The translations under genes were made by a program, and so were the position numbers. A stretch of 64,000 nucleotides of DNA from a virus. The notes beneath the pieces were generated by a model, which did not search any database, was not told the DNA's origin, and worked only from the letters and a program-made list of their open reading frames with translations. The stretch covers positions 1 through 64,000 of IMG/VR virus record IMGVR_UViG_3300043420_000984; one strand, 5' to 3'. Shown here piece after piece: positions 9,179 through 18,655 of the stretch (positions within the stretch are counted from its first letter, which is position 1; each line of letters starts with the position of its first letter).

Positions 9179-10563
9179 TGGAACAGTTTCAGAATTCATC
9201 AGAGTTTTCTCTACGAAGTGTAAAGATTTCTGCCCTTGGCGACAAGAGTGAAGGATATGAAATCAAGCAAATGATTGGTACTTTCTCATACGTTGAAAGC
9301 ATCACAAGTCCATTTGTCGCAGCTACAATTGTAGTTGTTGATAGTGCTGGTCTACTGAATAGTCTGCCAATTCAGGGTGGAGAAACTGTAAGTATAACAG
9401 TACAAACTTCATCTTCAGAAAAACCACAAGAGTATAAGATGTTGGTTTGGAAAATTGGTAACAGATATGTTAAGAACAACGCTCAGTCATACACGCTTGG
9501 ATTGATATCAGAAGAGGCACTGAATAATGAATACTTTAGATTAGTCAAACCACTTAAGGGAACTGGTGATAAAATAGTCGATGAGATTTTGAAGAAGAAT
9601 TTGAAGACCACAAAAGAATTTTTCTCTGAAGCAACAGAGTTTGAAATGAAATTGATACCAGCAAACAGAAGACCATTCGATCTTATATCTTCTATTGCCG
9701 TTAAAAGTGTTGCAAAAGGTTTATCATCTACTAATAAATCTGGAGCAAAGAATGAGAAGCAAAAGGTCTCTGGTAGTGCTGGGTTTTTCTTCTGGGAAAC
9801 TAAGAGAGGATATAATTTCTTCTCTGTGGATAAACTTTTATCTGATGATGACAAGAACAAACCATGGGGACCTTATATTGAGAAGCCCGCAAACCAAGAA
9901 GATGGAGCAGACAATCGATTTACAATTTCTCAAGCAACCTTTAAGTCTGAAGTAGACGTGATGACATCTTTGAGGAAAGGAAAGTACTCATCTCTGATGG
10001 TATTCTTCAATCATTCCACAGGTCAGTATCATGAATATCATTACAGTCTTGCTGATGCATACAAAGATATGGAACATCTTGGAGCACAGAATACTCCATC
10101 TATTATTGAAACTGCGGATGGAAAAACTTTATCTGATTATCCCACTAGAATTATATCAGTATTACTAGATCATGAAAGTTGGTATAACAAACCAGGGATT
10201 GCTTCATTTGAAGAAGAGGATGGATCTGATAGTCCAAGTCAGTTCTGTGACTTCCACAAACATTTCGCGGGACAATCTATCATGAGATATGAGTTGCTTA
10301 AGCATCAGTTAGCAACTATAATTATTCCAGGTAATTCTGAAATGTGTGCTGGAGATAAGATTACTATCAAGTTAGTAAACAAACTTCCAACTGCGGAGAT
10401 TGATAAGGAACCATACGATCAAGAAAGTAGTGGCACATATCTCATACAAGAGATAACACATACTTATGATAGTACGAAGTCAACTAATGGTAGATTTTTA
10501 AGCACACTTAGATTGATGAGAGATTCATATGGTGATGTGGAGTCTAATCATGGCACTAAATAA
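9178..10563 (+). CDS. Baseplate hub protein (gp27-like)
   Basis: YVESITSP..DSAGL..LPIQGGE, FFFWETKRGYNFFS, IPGNSEMCAGD, SGTYLI..ITH..L.RDS. Confidence 0.75.
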   Translation: MEQFQNSSEFSLRSVKISALGDKSEGYEIKQMIGTFSYVESITSPFVAATIVVVDSAGLLNSLPIQGGETVSITVQTSSSEKPQEYKMLVWKIGNRYVKNNAQSYTLGLISEEALNNEYFRLVKPLKGTGDKIVDEILKKNLKTTKEFFSEATEFEMKLIPANRRPFDLISSIAVKSVAKGLSSTNKSGAKNEKQKVSGSAGFFFWETKRGYNFFSVDKLLSDDDKNKPWGPYIEKPANQEDGADNRFTISQATFKSEVDVMTSLRKGKYSSLMVFFNHSTGQYHEYHYSLADAYKDMEHLGAQNTPSIIETADGKTLSDYPTRIISVLLDHESWYNKPGIASFEEEDGSDSPSQFCDFHKHFAGQSIMRYELLKHQLATIIIPGNSEMCAGDKITIKLVNKLPTAEIDKEPYDQESSGTYLIQEITHTYDSTKSTNGRFLSTLRLMRDSYGDVESNHGTK

Positions 10564-10584
10564 TGTATACGGAGGTAACTAAAT

Positions 10585-10797
10585 ATGGAAAATATTAAAA
10601 CACACATCCAAAAAGACAAAGAAATTCTTGACGATCCAACTATCTCCCCACAGATGCGTCGTCATACGGAACAAGAACTAGCTGATCTTGAGGCATACGC
10701 AGAGCGCCACCCAAATGATCACCGCGATCCAACATCACTTGAACTATTTTGTGACAGCAATCCAGAAGCACTAGAATGTAGAGTATATGAAGACTGA
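10585..10797 (+). CDS. cp12: CP12 Calvin-cycle regulator (auxiliary metabolic gene)
   Basis: C-terminal DPTSLELFCDSNPEALECRVYED; GGAGG RBS and CTAAATA upstream. Confidence 0.93.
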   Translation: MENIKTHIQKDKEILDDPTISPQMRRHTEQELADLEAYAERHPNDHRDPTSLELFCDSNPEALECRVYED

Positions 10798-10802
10798 GTG
10801 AT

Positions 10803-13715
10803 ATGGATCAGTTAATATCCAGTATTTTACCTACAACCAGGATAGGTCAAGATGGATTTTCTTGGTGGGTAGGACAAATTGAAGGAACTGCTAGAGACGA
10901 AACAAATAACAAAGGTGGTTATCGTTTCAAAGTAAGAATTGTTGGCGATCATCCTGGTGATCCAGAAATCCTGCCAACTGAAGATTTGCCATGGGCTAAC
11001 GTTGTTATGCCCGTAACAGTTCCATTTGTTCCTGGAAATGCTGGAGGCGCTCATCCTCAACTAGAAGTTGGGTGTTGGGTTATCGGTTTCTACATGGATA
11101 CTGAGAAACAAAAACCTATTATTATGGGTTCCATCGGACAAACACCTGGAGCAACTAAAGTATTTGTAGAGAGAACACCAGACACTAAACCATTTGTTAC
11201 TGCCATTGGACAAATCAATCCAAAAGTTGATGGATCTCCAAAACAAAAAGGAACTGATAAGAATACTGCAACTGGTGGATTACCAGATGGTACAAAAGAT
11301 GGTGATGGAAATGCCAGAGTAAACGTATCAGAAAGAAAGGTAAATCCACTCAAGAATGGAAATCCATATTCAGAAGAATGGTGTCAATCTATTGCAGAAA
11401 AGTGTGATAATATTGACATCAAAACTCAGATGTCAAATGTTCTTGCTGAGTTACTTGCAGCGGTTCAAAGTAATGGTGGAAATATTGGAACATATCTAGT
11501 AAATCAAGCGACAGGAAAGATCAACGAAGGCGTAGGTATTGCAAGAAACTATATTAATAAAGCAGTATCTGTTGTTCGTGAATTCGTTGCTAGGGTAAAG
11601 GGATTTGTTATTGAAAAATTAACTGCTGCCGTAAAAGATTTAATTCAGGCACTATTGTTCCCATCAGAAACTGGTAATGCTCTCACTCCAGTTACAGAGT
11701 GGTTCAATAATTTGCTGAAAAATTTAGGTTGTCAGATGTCAGATCTTGGTGATCGCCTGGCAAAATGGTTGACTAATGTTTTGATGAGTTTTATTGAGCA
11801 AATTTATAGAGCAGCTGCTTGTCAGGTTGATAAGTTAGTCAATGGAATTATCTCCAAGATGAATTCTCTAATGGAAGATCTTCTTGAATCTATTCTTGGT
11901 CCTCTGCAAGAGATCTTGGGAGCAATTGCTGGTCCACTTAATTTAATTGGAGGCGCAATTAATTTTGTGATGCAATTACTTGGTATTACATGTTCTGGTC
12001 CAGATAAAACATGTAGTAAGTACAAACAGGTTTGCACCAGTGGAGAGGAAAAAGAAAAGGAGAATGATAGAGATTTCCTAGATGATTTGCTTGGGGAAAT
12101 TGATAATCTATTCCCAGCAACTGGCGCAGACTACACCCAATACACATGCGATGAAGCTTATACAGGAAGACCTCTAGAAATTACTACTGTTGGTTTTGTT
12201 GGTGGTATTCCACTATTTGATGGTGGTGATGGAACAATACCAGGGGCATCTCCATCTAGCACTAGAACTCCTGGATCGGAAACAAAGAGGATTACTTATA
12301 ATATTGAAGACATTACTGTTGAAGAGGGTGAAGATGCTATCTTTACTGTAACAAGAAGCGGATACCTTGGAGCATCTTCTTCAGTTAGATATAAGACTGT
12401 ATCATTTGAAGATGGAGCTGAAGAAGATGTTGATTACTTAAAGACTTCTGACATTCTAGGATTTGCTCCAGGTGAAAGCAGAAAGACCATCAGTGTAAAA
12501 ACTTTCTATGATACTATCTCAGAAGGACCAGAAGATTTTTCTTTGGTTTTGAGAAAGAACTCGCCAGTAAGTGGCAGTGGAGTTTCTTCTAAATTCACAA
12601 AAAATATTGCAATATGCACGATCACTGAAAGAAATGTAAGGGATAGAAATAGAAATCCATATGGTGGTACTCCATTAAATCCAACAACTGGTATTGAAAA
12701 CACATTCCCCACAGAAGTAACTGATTTGGACGGTGATGGTATTAATGACAGCATTGATACTGATATTACTATTGATGATCCAAATACTCCAACAACAGAA
12801 AGACCTCCTAGATATTTTATTCGTCCAGATAAAAATATTGTACGTGAAGGAGAGTTTGTAACTTACACAATAGAAACTCAGAATGTTGAGAATGGAACTA
12901 TATTATACTACACATTACTAGGAAATGATATAGAACCTTCTGATATTATTGGCGGATATACAACTGGTAATTTTACTATAAATTCTGGAATAGGTAAAGT
13001 AACAGTCGGTATTGAGGACGATGGTGTTGTTGAAGATTTTGAAATAATGAGATTTTCTATCAATGGAACTGGATCTTTTGCTGACGTTACTATCGTTCAA
13101 TCGGGTGAAGATCCTGAAGATGCTGACTTCGATGAAGGCGAGGGAGATACACCAGAGACAGAATTCGAAAACTTTAGATTGCCAGTTGTTAACTCAAATG
13201 AAATTATTACGGATGAAAATGGTGGTATTATAAGCATCCCAGTTTCAAATCCTGGATCTCCATATGCAGAACCTCCATATGTATTTGTTGGGGGAGAGGG
13301 TATTGGAGCAACCGCGTCTGCACTTTTAGATAGCGATGGTTTTGTGACTGAGATTAGAGTTAAGTCTTCTGGATATGGATACAAGAAGAACTTACAACAA
13401 GAAAAAAATCTCCGCTGTATTATCGATACGTTTACTTTAATTCGTCCAGGTGAAGGATACACTGAAGCACCAAAAGTTTATGTGAATGATCAACTTGGTG
13501 TTGCAGAAGCAATCATTAATGATGATGGTTTTGTTATTGGTGCTCGCGTCTTAGATAGACAGAGAGTTTATGAAAAAATGCCAAGGATAATTATTGTTGG
13601 TGGAAATGGATTTGGTGCGAAACTTATGCCATCTCTAGTTTGCCTAGATAATCAAGCACTATCTATTGTTGGTGCAACTAAGATTGGAACTGGTCGTTAC
13701 GTTGATTGTCCATAA
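10803..13715 (+). CDS. gp5: Baseplate central spike gp5 (N-terminal OB fold, Calx-beta-like domains)
   Basis: WWVGQIE..RFKVRIVGDH..LPWA..WVIGFYMD..PIIMGS; VEEGEDAIFTVTRSG..DY..FAPGE. Confidence 0.85.
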   Translation: MDQLISSILPTTRIGQDGFSWWVGQIEGTARDETNNKGGYRFKVRIVGDHPGDPEILPTEDLPWANVVMPVTVPFVPGNAGGAHPQLEVGCWVIGFYMDTEKQKPIIMGSIGQTPGATKVFVERTPDTKPFVTAIGQINPKVDGSPKQKGTDKNTATGGLPDGTKDGDGNARVNVSERKVNPLKNGNPYSEEWCQSIAEKCDNIDIKTQMSNVLAELLAAVQSNGGNIGTYLVNQATGKINEGVGIARNYINKAVSVVREFVARVKGFVIEKLTAAVKDLIQALLFPSETGNALTPVTEWFNNLLKNLGCQMSDLGDRLAKWLTNVLMSFIEQIYRAAACQVDKLVNGIISKMNSLMEDLLESILGPLQEILGAIAGPLNLIGGAINFVMQLLGITCSGPDKTCSKYKQVCTSGEEKEKENDRDFLDDLLGEIDNLFPATGADYTQYTCDEAYTGRPLEITTVGFVGGIPLFDGGDGTIPGASPSSTRTPGSETKRITYNIEDITVEEGEDAIFTVTRSGYLGASSSVRYKTVSFEDGAEEDVDYLKTSDILGFAPGESRKTISVKTFYDTISEGPEDFSLVLRKNSPVSGSGVSSKFTKNIAICTITERNVRDRNRNPYGGTPLNPTTGIENTFPTEVTDLDGDGINDSIDTDITIDDPNTPTTERPPRYFIRPDKNIVREGEFVTYTIETQNVENGTILYYTLLGNDIEPSDIIGGYTTGNFTINSGIGKVTVGIEDDGVVEDFEIMRFSINGTGSFADVTIVQSGEDPEDADFDEGEGDTPETEFENFRLPVVNSNEIITDENGGIISIPVSNPGSPYAEPPYVFVGGEGIGATASALLDSDGFVTEIRVKSSGYGYKKNLQQEKNLRCIIDTFTLIRPGEGYTEAPKVYVNDQLGVAEAIINDDGFVIGARVLDRQRVYEKMPRIIIVGGNGFGAKLMPSLVCLDNQALSIVGATKIGTGRYVDCP

Positions 13716-14800
13716 TGTCACAACAATTCTCTGCATTTACATATCCAGATTATATTTTTAAGCCAACAACTTTTGACGAAACTCAAGAGTTGAGTGATCA
13801 ACCAAGATTTCATACTTGGTATAAAGGAGTATTAACTGGTTCAGAAATATACGAAAGAACTCTTCCAGATGGTGAATCAAATGCTCTGAGGATTGATGGT
13901 CCCTCTGATGGAGCTATTGTCCTTGATAATAAAGGGTGCATTAAACTACTGACTGGTGTTCGTGGTAAAGAAACTGGTCCTGGTAGCGGGAGATTGTGCG
14001 TTCATACTTGGGGACAACTCCAAAAGCATGAAGGTAGATCTAATATTGAATATTCATGTGGAGATGACAAAGAGGGACAAGCACTAAACCTTGTTGCTTA
14101 TGGAGATATTGTAGAACAAACAATTGGTGGAACGAGGTACATCAGAGCACAAAAAATCGTCATCGAAGCATCAGAAGAACTGATGCTTATTGGTAAGACA
14201 CAAGTTACTATTCAAGCTGGTGGTGGAGGTGGTGGAACTATTACGATGAACGCTGGTAGTATTGAAAAATATACCAGTAATGATAAGGAGATTATTATAG
14301 GACAAAAAATGGAATTCGGTGTGTCTGAAAAGACAACCTTAAGTTTTGATCCTAGAGCATCTTCAAACATAGTTTCTCCAGGTCATATCAACTGGTCTAT
14401 TCTTGGTGATTATAAACAGTGGATTGGTGGCGCAGAACAACATATTGTTGCTGGCAATCCAATTAACATTCCACTAATTAAAGCAAGAGATAGTGCATAT
14501 TCAGTTAAGACTTTAATTGGTGGTCAGACATATGATGCAGCGGACTTTATTAGTACAAAAGCTGGTGGATTGATTAGCGGTATTGCTGGTGGTGCTATTG
14601 ATGTTAAAGCGGGTGGAGCATATAACGCTGATGTTGCTGGTGCATATGCAATCAAGGCAGGCGGAGCATTCTCTGCAAATGCTGGTGGTGCTGCATCGAT
14701 GGCTGCTGGCGCTGCGGCAAGCGTTACCGCTGCTGGTGCAGTCAATATTATAGGTGTAGGAAACGTAAATATCAAGGGTGCTCTCATTCTACTCAACTAA
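13706..14800 (+). CDS. gp5 C-terminal-like beta-helix spike protein
   Basis: 8-residue xAGGAx repeats ending NIKGALILLN; directly after gp5. Confidence 0.65.
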   Translation: MSIMSQQFSAFTYPDYIFKPTTFDETQELSDQPRFHTWYKGVLTGSEIYERTLPDGESNALRIDGPSDGAIVLDNKGCIKLLTGVRGKETGPGSGRLCVHTWGQLQKHEGRSNIEYSCGDDKEGQALNLVAYGDIVEQTIGGTRYIRAQKIVIEASEELMLIGKTQVTIQAGGGGGGTITMNAGSIEKYTSNDKEIIIGQKMEFGVSEKTTLSFDPRASSNIVSPGHINWSILGDYKQWIGGAEQHIVAGNPINIPLIKARDSAYSVKTLIGGQTYDAADFISTKAGGLISGIAGGAIDVKAGGAYNADVAGAYAIKAGGAFSANAGGAASMAAGAAASVTAAGAVNIIGVGNVNIKGALILLN

Positions 14801-14825
14801 ATAAACCTAGTTGTGGTGAGACTTT

Positions 14826-15143
14826 ATGCTGTCAACGAACTACCGTCTGCGTCTGGAATTTATCTGTGAAAGAATTGTAAAACATGAAGAAGTGAAATTG
14901 GAAGACATGATATGGGCGGAGAAGTTGGCGAAGCATAATAGAACTGCTGCTACCATTCTCAGGCAGGCGAGAAGACGCGCTGCAAGCCCAGAGATGGCAG
15001 AGGATGGGCTAGACGCTTTCATGAACGCCCTGGATCTTGGAGACCCTGATCCCAGCAATCACAGAACAGGGTTCAACAGTCCCGACGACATCGTCGACTG
15101 GTTCTCGCAGGATAAGTCAGACGATTGGCGACAGAGGGATTGA
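14826..15143 (+). CDS. Conserved cyanophage hypothetical protein
   Basis: MLSTNYRLRLEFIC..DWRQRD; CTAAATA late motif at ~14797. Confidence 0.75.
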   Translation: MLSTNYRLRLEFICERIVKHEEVKLEDMIWAEKLAKHNRTAATILRQARRRAASPEMAEDGLDAFMNALDLGDPDPSNHRTGFNSPDDIVDWFSQDKSDDWRQRD

Positions 15144-15194
15144 CAAACCTGACAAACCTCAGTAGAATAAGTCTGTCCGAGTTTCAGGTGAGTA

Positions 15195-15395
15195 ATGGCC
15201 TTAGGAAAACAAGTTGAAGAGAGCCTTCAAGAGGCTGCAGCGTCTCTTAGAAATGCTCTAGCGTTCGCTGCACGTCAGGAAAGACCAATTGTATGCACTC
15301 AGATCGCTAGAATGATTAGCGATATTGAGAGTGTTGGTTCTTTTGATACAATTTTAGATAAATTTGAGGAAATGGCAAATGAAAAAAACTCTTAA
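15195..15395 (+). CDS. Hypothetical protein
   Basis: 66-aa ORF behind a TTGACA..TAGAAT promoter-like pair. Confidence 0.7.
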   Translation: MALGKQVEESLQEAAASLRNALAFAARQERPIVCTQIARMISDIESVGSFDTILDKFEEMANEKNS

Positions 15396-15552
15396 GCGTA
15401 TAGATAGTAAAGGTCACGAAGAGATTTGGGAATGGGATGAGACACCTGAGCTCAAAGCATTCATCAAGTCCCAGACCAGTTCAAAAATTGCCACACCCCC
15501 TTTACGTCCCGTCTGAGGTGTGCTATAATTACTAGGTAATCGAGGCAAGACC

Positions 15553-15681
15553 ATGACTACGCTTCCTAACTGGCAGCATCACAGCAAAAAAGAAAAGAAG
15601 CGTAGTCTGAAACCTCAGGCTTTACGCCAAGCTAAAGCACGTTGTAAAGCGTTAAAAGCAAAACTATTAGAGCGAATATGA
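15553..15681 (+). CDS. Small basic hypothetical protein (not in ORF track)
   Basis: MTTLPNWQHHSKKEKKRSLKPQALRQAK..; GAGG RBS, TATAAT at 15524. Confidence 0.65.
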   Translation: MTTLPNWQHHSKKEKKRSLKPQALRQAKARCKALKAKLLERI

Positions 15682-15708
15682 AGCAATTATAACTTTTAAT
15701 CGCTTCAT

Positions 15709-15797
15709 GGGAGTGTGATGTATGGAGCATCGTGGGTCTTATAAGCCCAAGTGGACCAGATTAGTCCCGTGTTAGGGTTCGATTCCCTACACTCCCA
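15709..15797 (+). tRNA. tRNA-Ile(UAU) with long variable arm
   Basis: gggagtg/cactccc acceptor; tgggt-CTTATAA-gccca; extra ggac..gtcc arm; taggg-TTCGATT-cccta. Confidence 0.8.
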
Positions 15798-15799
15798 TC

Positions 15800-15872
15800 G
15801 CTCCTTTAGCTCTCTGGTGAAAGCACTGTCCTCATAAGACAAGAAAGGTGGGTTCGATCCCCTCAAGGAGCA
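15800..15872 (+). tRNA. tRNA with CAU anticodon (Met or Ile2)
   Basis: gctcctt/aaggagc; tgtc-CTCATAA-gaca; TTCGATC loop. Confidence 0.85.
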
Positions 15873-15875
15873 CCT

Positions 15876-15960
15876 GGGACGGTGGCGGAATTGGTAGACG
15901 CACCAGACTTAAAATCTGTTGAATGTAACATTCGTGAGGGTTCAAGTCCCTCGCGTCCCA
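15876..15960 (+). tRNA. tRNA-Leu(UAA)
   Basis: GGCGGAATTGGTAGACGC D arm; caga-CTTAAAA-tctg; variable arm. Confidence 0.92.
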
Positions 15961-15995
15961 TTGGGTTATAAATAACCTTGAGTTATCTAGAACCC

Positions 15996-16325
15996 ATGCC
16001 TTACAAAGATCCAAAAAAACAGAAAGAGTATCAGCGTGAATGGGCTTCCCAAAACAAACAACTAAAGTCAAAACAGACTGGTTGGTTGAAACGCAAAGCA
16101 ATGGTTGAAGCAGCAAAAGATAAACCTTGTGCTGCTTGTAATCAATCTTATCCTTCTGTTTGTATGGATTTTCACCACACAGATCCTACCGTTAAAGACG
16201 GCAGTGTATCTAAATTAATGAAATCTTCTTCTTATCAAAAATTACAAGAAGAGATTGACAAGTGTGTAGTTCTGTGCTCCAACTGCCACAGATTACTTCA
16301 CGCTGGACTTATTCCTGTTAAATAG
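15996..16325 (+). CDS. Small HNH endonuclease 1
   Basis: CAAC..MDFHH..EEIDKCVVLCSNCHRLLH; TATAAATA at 15967. Confidence 0.88.
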   Translation: MPYKDPKKQKEYQREWASQNKQLKSKQTGWLKRKAMVEAAKDKPCAACNQSYPSVCMDFHHTDPTVKDGSVSKLMKSSSYQKLQEEIDKCVVLCSNCHRLLHAGLIPVK

Positions 16326-16349
16326 TAACAGGATATACTAACAAATGTA

Positions 16350-16631
16350 ATGGCAGTTTTCAGATACACCATAACAAGGAAGCATGTCTTTATTGACAAT
16401 GAACCTGTTTTGATGTATTATATTGAGAACATACCATTTGCATTTGATATTCTCGAAGAAGATCAAAAACACGACAAGTGGATCTTATCTGAAGCAGCAC
16501 TCAATCAAGAATATACTATGGAAGATATCTTCCGTTATTCCGATTATTTGATTGCTGAAGAATGCCACCCAGTATTGTTTGAATTAGACCTAGTAAATCC
16601 TGAAGTATTGCCAGATGAACCAGTTTCTTGA
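16350..16631 (+). CDS. Hypothetical protein
   Basis: 93-aa acidic ORF overlapping cpeT start. Confidence 0.7.
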   Translation: MAVFRYTITRKHVFIDNEPVLMYYIENIPFAFDILEEDQKHDKWILSEAALNQEYTMEDIFRYSDYLIAEECHPVLFELDLVNPEVLPDEPVS

Positions 16632-17154
16632 ACTATTTGAAGGATCTTTTTCCAACAAGCGTCAAGCACAATCTCATCCTACTCGTTATGCTCATATCAG
16701 GGTACAACATCGGAAAATTTCCGATTATAGGTTCTATGGAGAACAATCTTACAATTACTTGCTAAATAGACCATATCGCCAGTTCGTAATTGAGGTGGTA
16801 GATGAGGGTAATGAAGTAGATGGAAACATCTACCGTCTCAAAAATTATGAGATTGAAGACCCTCAAAGGTTTGCCGAATGTAAAAATCTTGAACTCATCA
16901 CGGATGAGATCTTGACATACCGACCAGGGTGTGATAATATTATTAGGCAGACAGGACCCGAAACCTTCGAAGGTAAAAATGATACTTGCGAATGTTGGGT
17001 CATGCGTGGTACAATAAAGACCTACGTTCAAAACGAAGTTGTTCTCACACGAGACACCTATAAAGTTCTGGATCGTGGTCTCCACGCTGAAACCAATCAG
17101 AAAGTTTGGGGTTCTGATTGGGGAGCGTTTGAGTTCAAACGATTGCCTCTCTAG
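16615..17154 (+). CDS. cpeT: CpeT/CpcT-type phycobiliprotein lyase
   Basis: FSNKRQAQSHP..YAHI, YGEQ..RPYRQ, DRG..VWGSDWGAFEF. Confidence 0.9.
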   Translation: MNQFLELFEGSFSNKRQAQSHPTRYAHIRVQHRKISDYRFYGEQSYNYLLNRPYRQFVIEVVDEGNEVDGNIYRLKNYEIEDPQRFAECKNLELITDEILTYRPGCDNIIRQTGPETFEGKNDTCECWVMRGTIKTYVQNEVVLTRDTYKVLDRGLHAETNQKVWGSDWGAFEFKRLPL

Positions 17155-17216
17155 CTCAGTGGTAGAGCACCCGCCTTGTAAGCGGGCGGTCATCAGTTCA
17201 AATCTGATGGGGGGCT
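17145..17216 (+). tRNA. tRNA-Thr(UGU)
   Basis: cccgc-CTTGTAA-gcggg; AGCTCAGTGGTAGAGC; overlaps cpeT stop. Confidence 0.9.
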
Positions 17217-17277
17217 CTTGAAAGGTCTGGAAATGTTCGGATCTTTCATACGGATCGGGATCATCATATCCGATCCA

Positions 17278-17373
17278 CTCATCACTTGCGCTGGAAAGAT
17301 AAACCAGAATGCCGTGATAAGATAGAGGGTAAGCCTCTGTTATATCCTTATGAGGTATATCACGCTTACTCCA
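17278..17373 (+). ncRNA. ~95-nt pseudoknotted structured RNA, copy 1 (family not recognised)
   Basis: Homologous to 18656-18750 with compensatory changes in three helices. Confidence 0.75.
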
Positions 17374-17376
17374 TCT

Positions 17377-17450
17377 GGGGAATTAGCTCAGTTGGTAGTA
17401 GCACTTGCTTTGCAAGCAAGATGTCATCGGTTCGAGTCCGATATTCTCCA
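17377..17450 (+). tRNA. tRNA-Ala(UGC)
   Basis: G3:U70; cttgc-TTTGCAA-gcaag. Confidence 0.93.
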
Positions 17451-17473
17451 TTGAGAGGCGACGGTCTCTCAAA

Positions 17474-17657
17474 GGGTGTGACAGAATAATCCTATGCGGT
17501 CATGCACGGGATAATGTATATTAGGATAGGGGTGGTGCCCGCTGTAATACTGGGAGACCAGAGTTGCAGAATCCAATACCAAGGAATCCGAAAGTTCTAG
17601 GAAACGTTACTATCAGTGCGACCTCCTAGTTGTGAGTATGATAGAATCTCACCACCC
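17474..17657 (+). ncRNA. Probable manA RNA motif
   Basis: ~185 nt closed by gggtg/caccc, several internal hairpins, between tRNAs; size, context and recalled sequence fit the cyanophage manA motif. Confidence 0.6.
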
Positions 17658-17667
17658 ACAAACACAT

Positions 17668-17744
17668 CGCGGGATGGAACAGTCTGGTAGTTCAGCGGTC
17701 TCATAAGCCGCAGGTCGTGGGTTCAAATCCCACTCCCGCCCCCA
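17668..17744 (+). tRNA. Initiator-like tRNA-fMet(CAU), CCA encoded
   Basis: 5' CGCGGG, C1:C72 mismatch, CTCATAA loop. Confidence 0.85.
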
Positions 17745-17747
17745 TTT

Positions 17748-17815
17748 CAAAATTCACTTTTTGATTCTATAAATTCGGGAAAAATTTTTCCGCCAAAAAA
17801 TCGCCAAAAAAGTTG
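17748..17815. repeat. Phased A/T-tract intergenic element, copy 2
   Basis: Similar to 5293-5361. Confidence 0.75.
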
Positions 17816-17824
17816 AGGGCAAAA

Positions 17825-17983
17825 ATGTCACTAATTTCCCAAAAAGACAGAGAAGTAGTAATTGCTGCTCTTGAAAATTACATCATGAAGATCAGATCTG
17901 AAAATCCTCAGGATGATCAGCGTATCTCTGAAATCAATGCTTTGCTCAATTGGGTAAAACTTGAATATCAGAAAAATCTCTAA
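17825..17983 (+). CDS. Small hypothetical protein (52 aa, not in ORF track)
   Basis: MSLISQKDREVVIAALENY..LLNWVKLEY; GAGGG RBS. Confidence 0.65.
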   Translation: MSLISQKDREVVIAALENYIMKIRSENPQDDQRISEINALLNWVKLEYQKNL

Positions 17984-17989
17984 TATTAT

Positions 17990-18062
17990 TGGGGTGTAGC
18001 TCAGCGGTAGTAGCGGGAAGCTGTTAACTTCTAGGTCGCAGGTTCGATCCCTGCCACCCCAG
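17990..18062 (+). tRNA. tRNA-Asn(GUU)
   Basis: tggggtg/cacccca; gaag-CTGTTAA-cttc. Confidence 0.92.
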
Positions 18063-18247
18063 TTGCCAAAACGGCAAAAAACCCTTATAAATAAACACAC
18101 TAAAGGTCGAACATCATGTCTAACTTCAGCAAGCAAATTGAAATCTTTATGGAAAGCGATTGCCGCTATTGGCATATCGCACAGTCCCTCCTGCTTGCTA
18201 ATAAGGATAAACGTATGTAAGACGTAATCTGAAAAAGCAAAAAAGCA

Positions 18248-18282
18248 AGGGGAGGGAAACAAAAAGTTTCTCTCCCTTTTTT
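18248..18282 (+). terminator. Intrinsic terminator
   Basis: gggagggaaac-aaaaa-gtttctctccc followed by T6. Confidence 0.7.
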
Positions 18283-18289
18283 GTTGCCT

Positions 18290-18442
18290 GTGACAGTTTC
18301 CTAAGTGCCCACCCACTACCACCCAGAGATTGAAGCGGTGGTATATTACATAAGTCGGTGGGGGAACGAGACCCCAAACTGCCAAGTCCACTTTCGGAAC
18401 TGGCACAAACCACTTGCCCCGCAACGGGTTTGGTGGTATTCT
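18290..18442 (+). promoter_or_regulatory. Tandem early promoters driving the second tRNA block
   Basis: Two GTGNCA..TGNCAC-type palindromes each ~30 nt before an extended -10 (TGgTATATT 18342, TGgTATTCT 18437). Confidence 0.6.
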
Positions 18443-18448
18443 TAAGAG

Positions 18449-18574
18449 GTGGTTGAGAGAGAAGATTAAAGGTGGTTTTCAACCACCCCGACAACTAGAA
18501 GCGGGGACATAAGGTTGATGTAAAAGTAATTACCATGCTCTCTTAACCACACACACGCACCTTGACAATCTAAA
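18449..18574 (+). promoter_or_regulatory. rrn-like leader: long stem followed by boxA-like GCACCTTGACAA
   Basis: gtggttgagagag(18449-61)/ctctcttaaccac(18538-50); gcaccttgacaatctaaa 18557-74. Confidence 0.5.
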
Positions 18575-18582
18575 CCTTTAAT

Positions 18583-18655
18583 GGGTCTGTTGCATAGCGG
18601 CTAATGCACCTGGCTTTTAACCAGTATATCGTGGGTTCGAGTCCCACCAGACCCA
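18583..18655 (+). tRNA. tRNA-Lys(UUU)
   Basis: gggtctg/cagaccc; ctgg-CTTTTAA-ccag. Confidence 0.9.

Noticed and set aside
18562-18590. sigma70 promoter at TTGACA 18562
   Set aside because: No -10 at 16-18 nt spacing; better read as a boxA-like element
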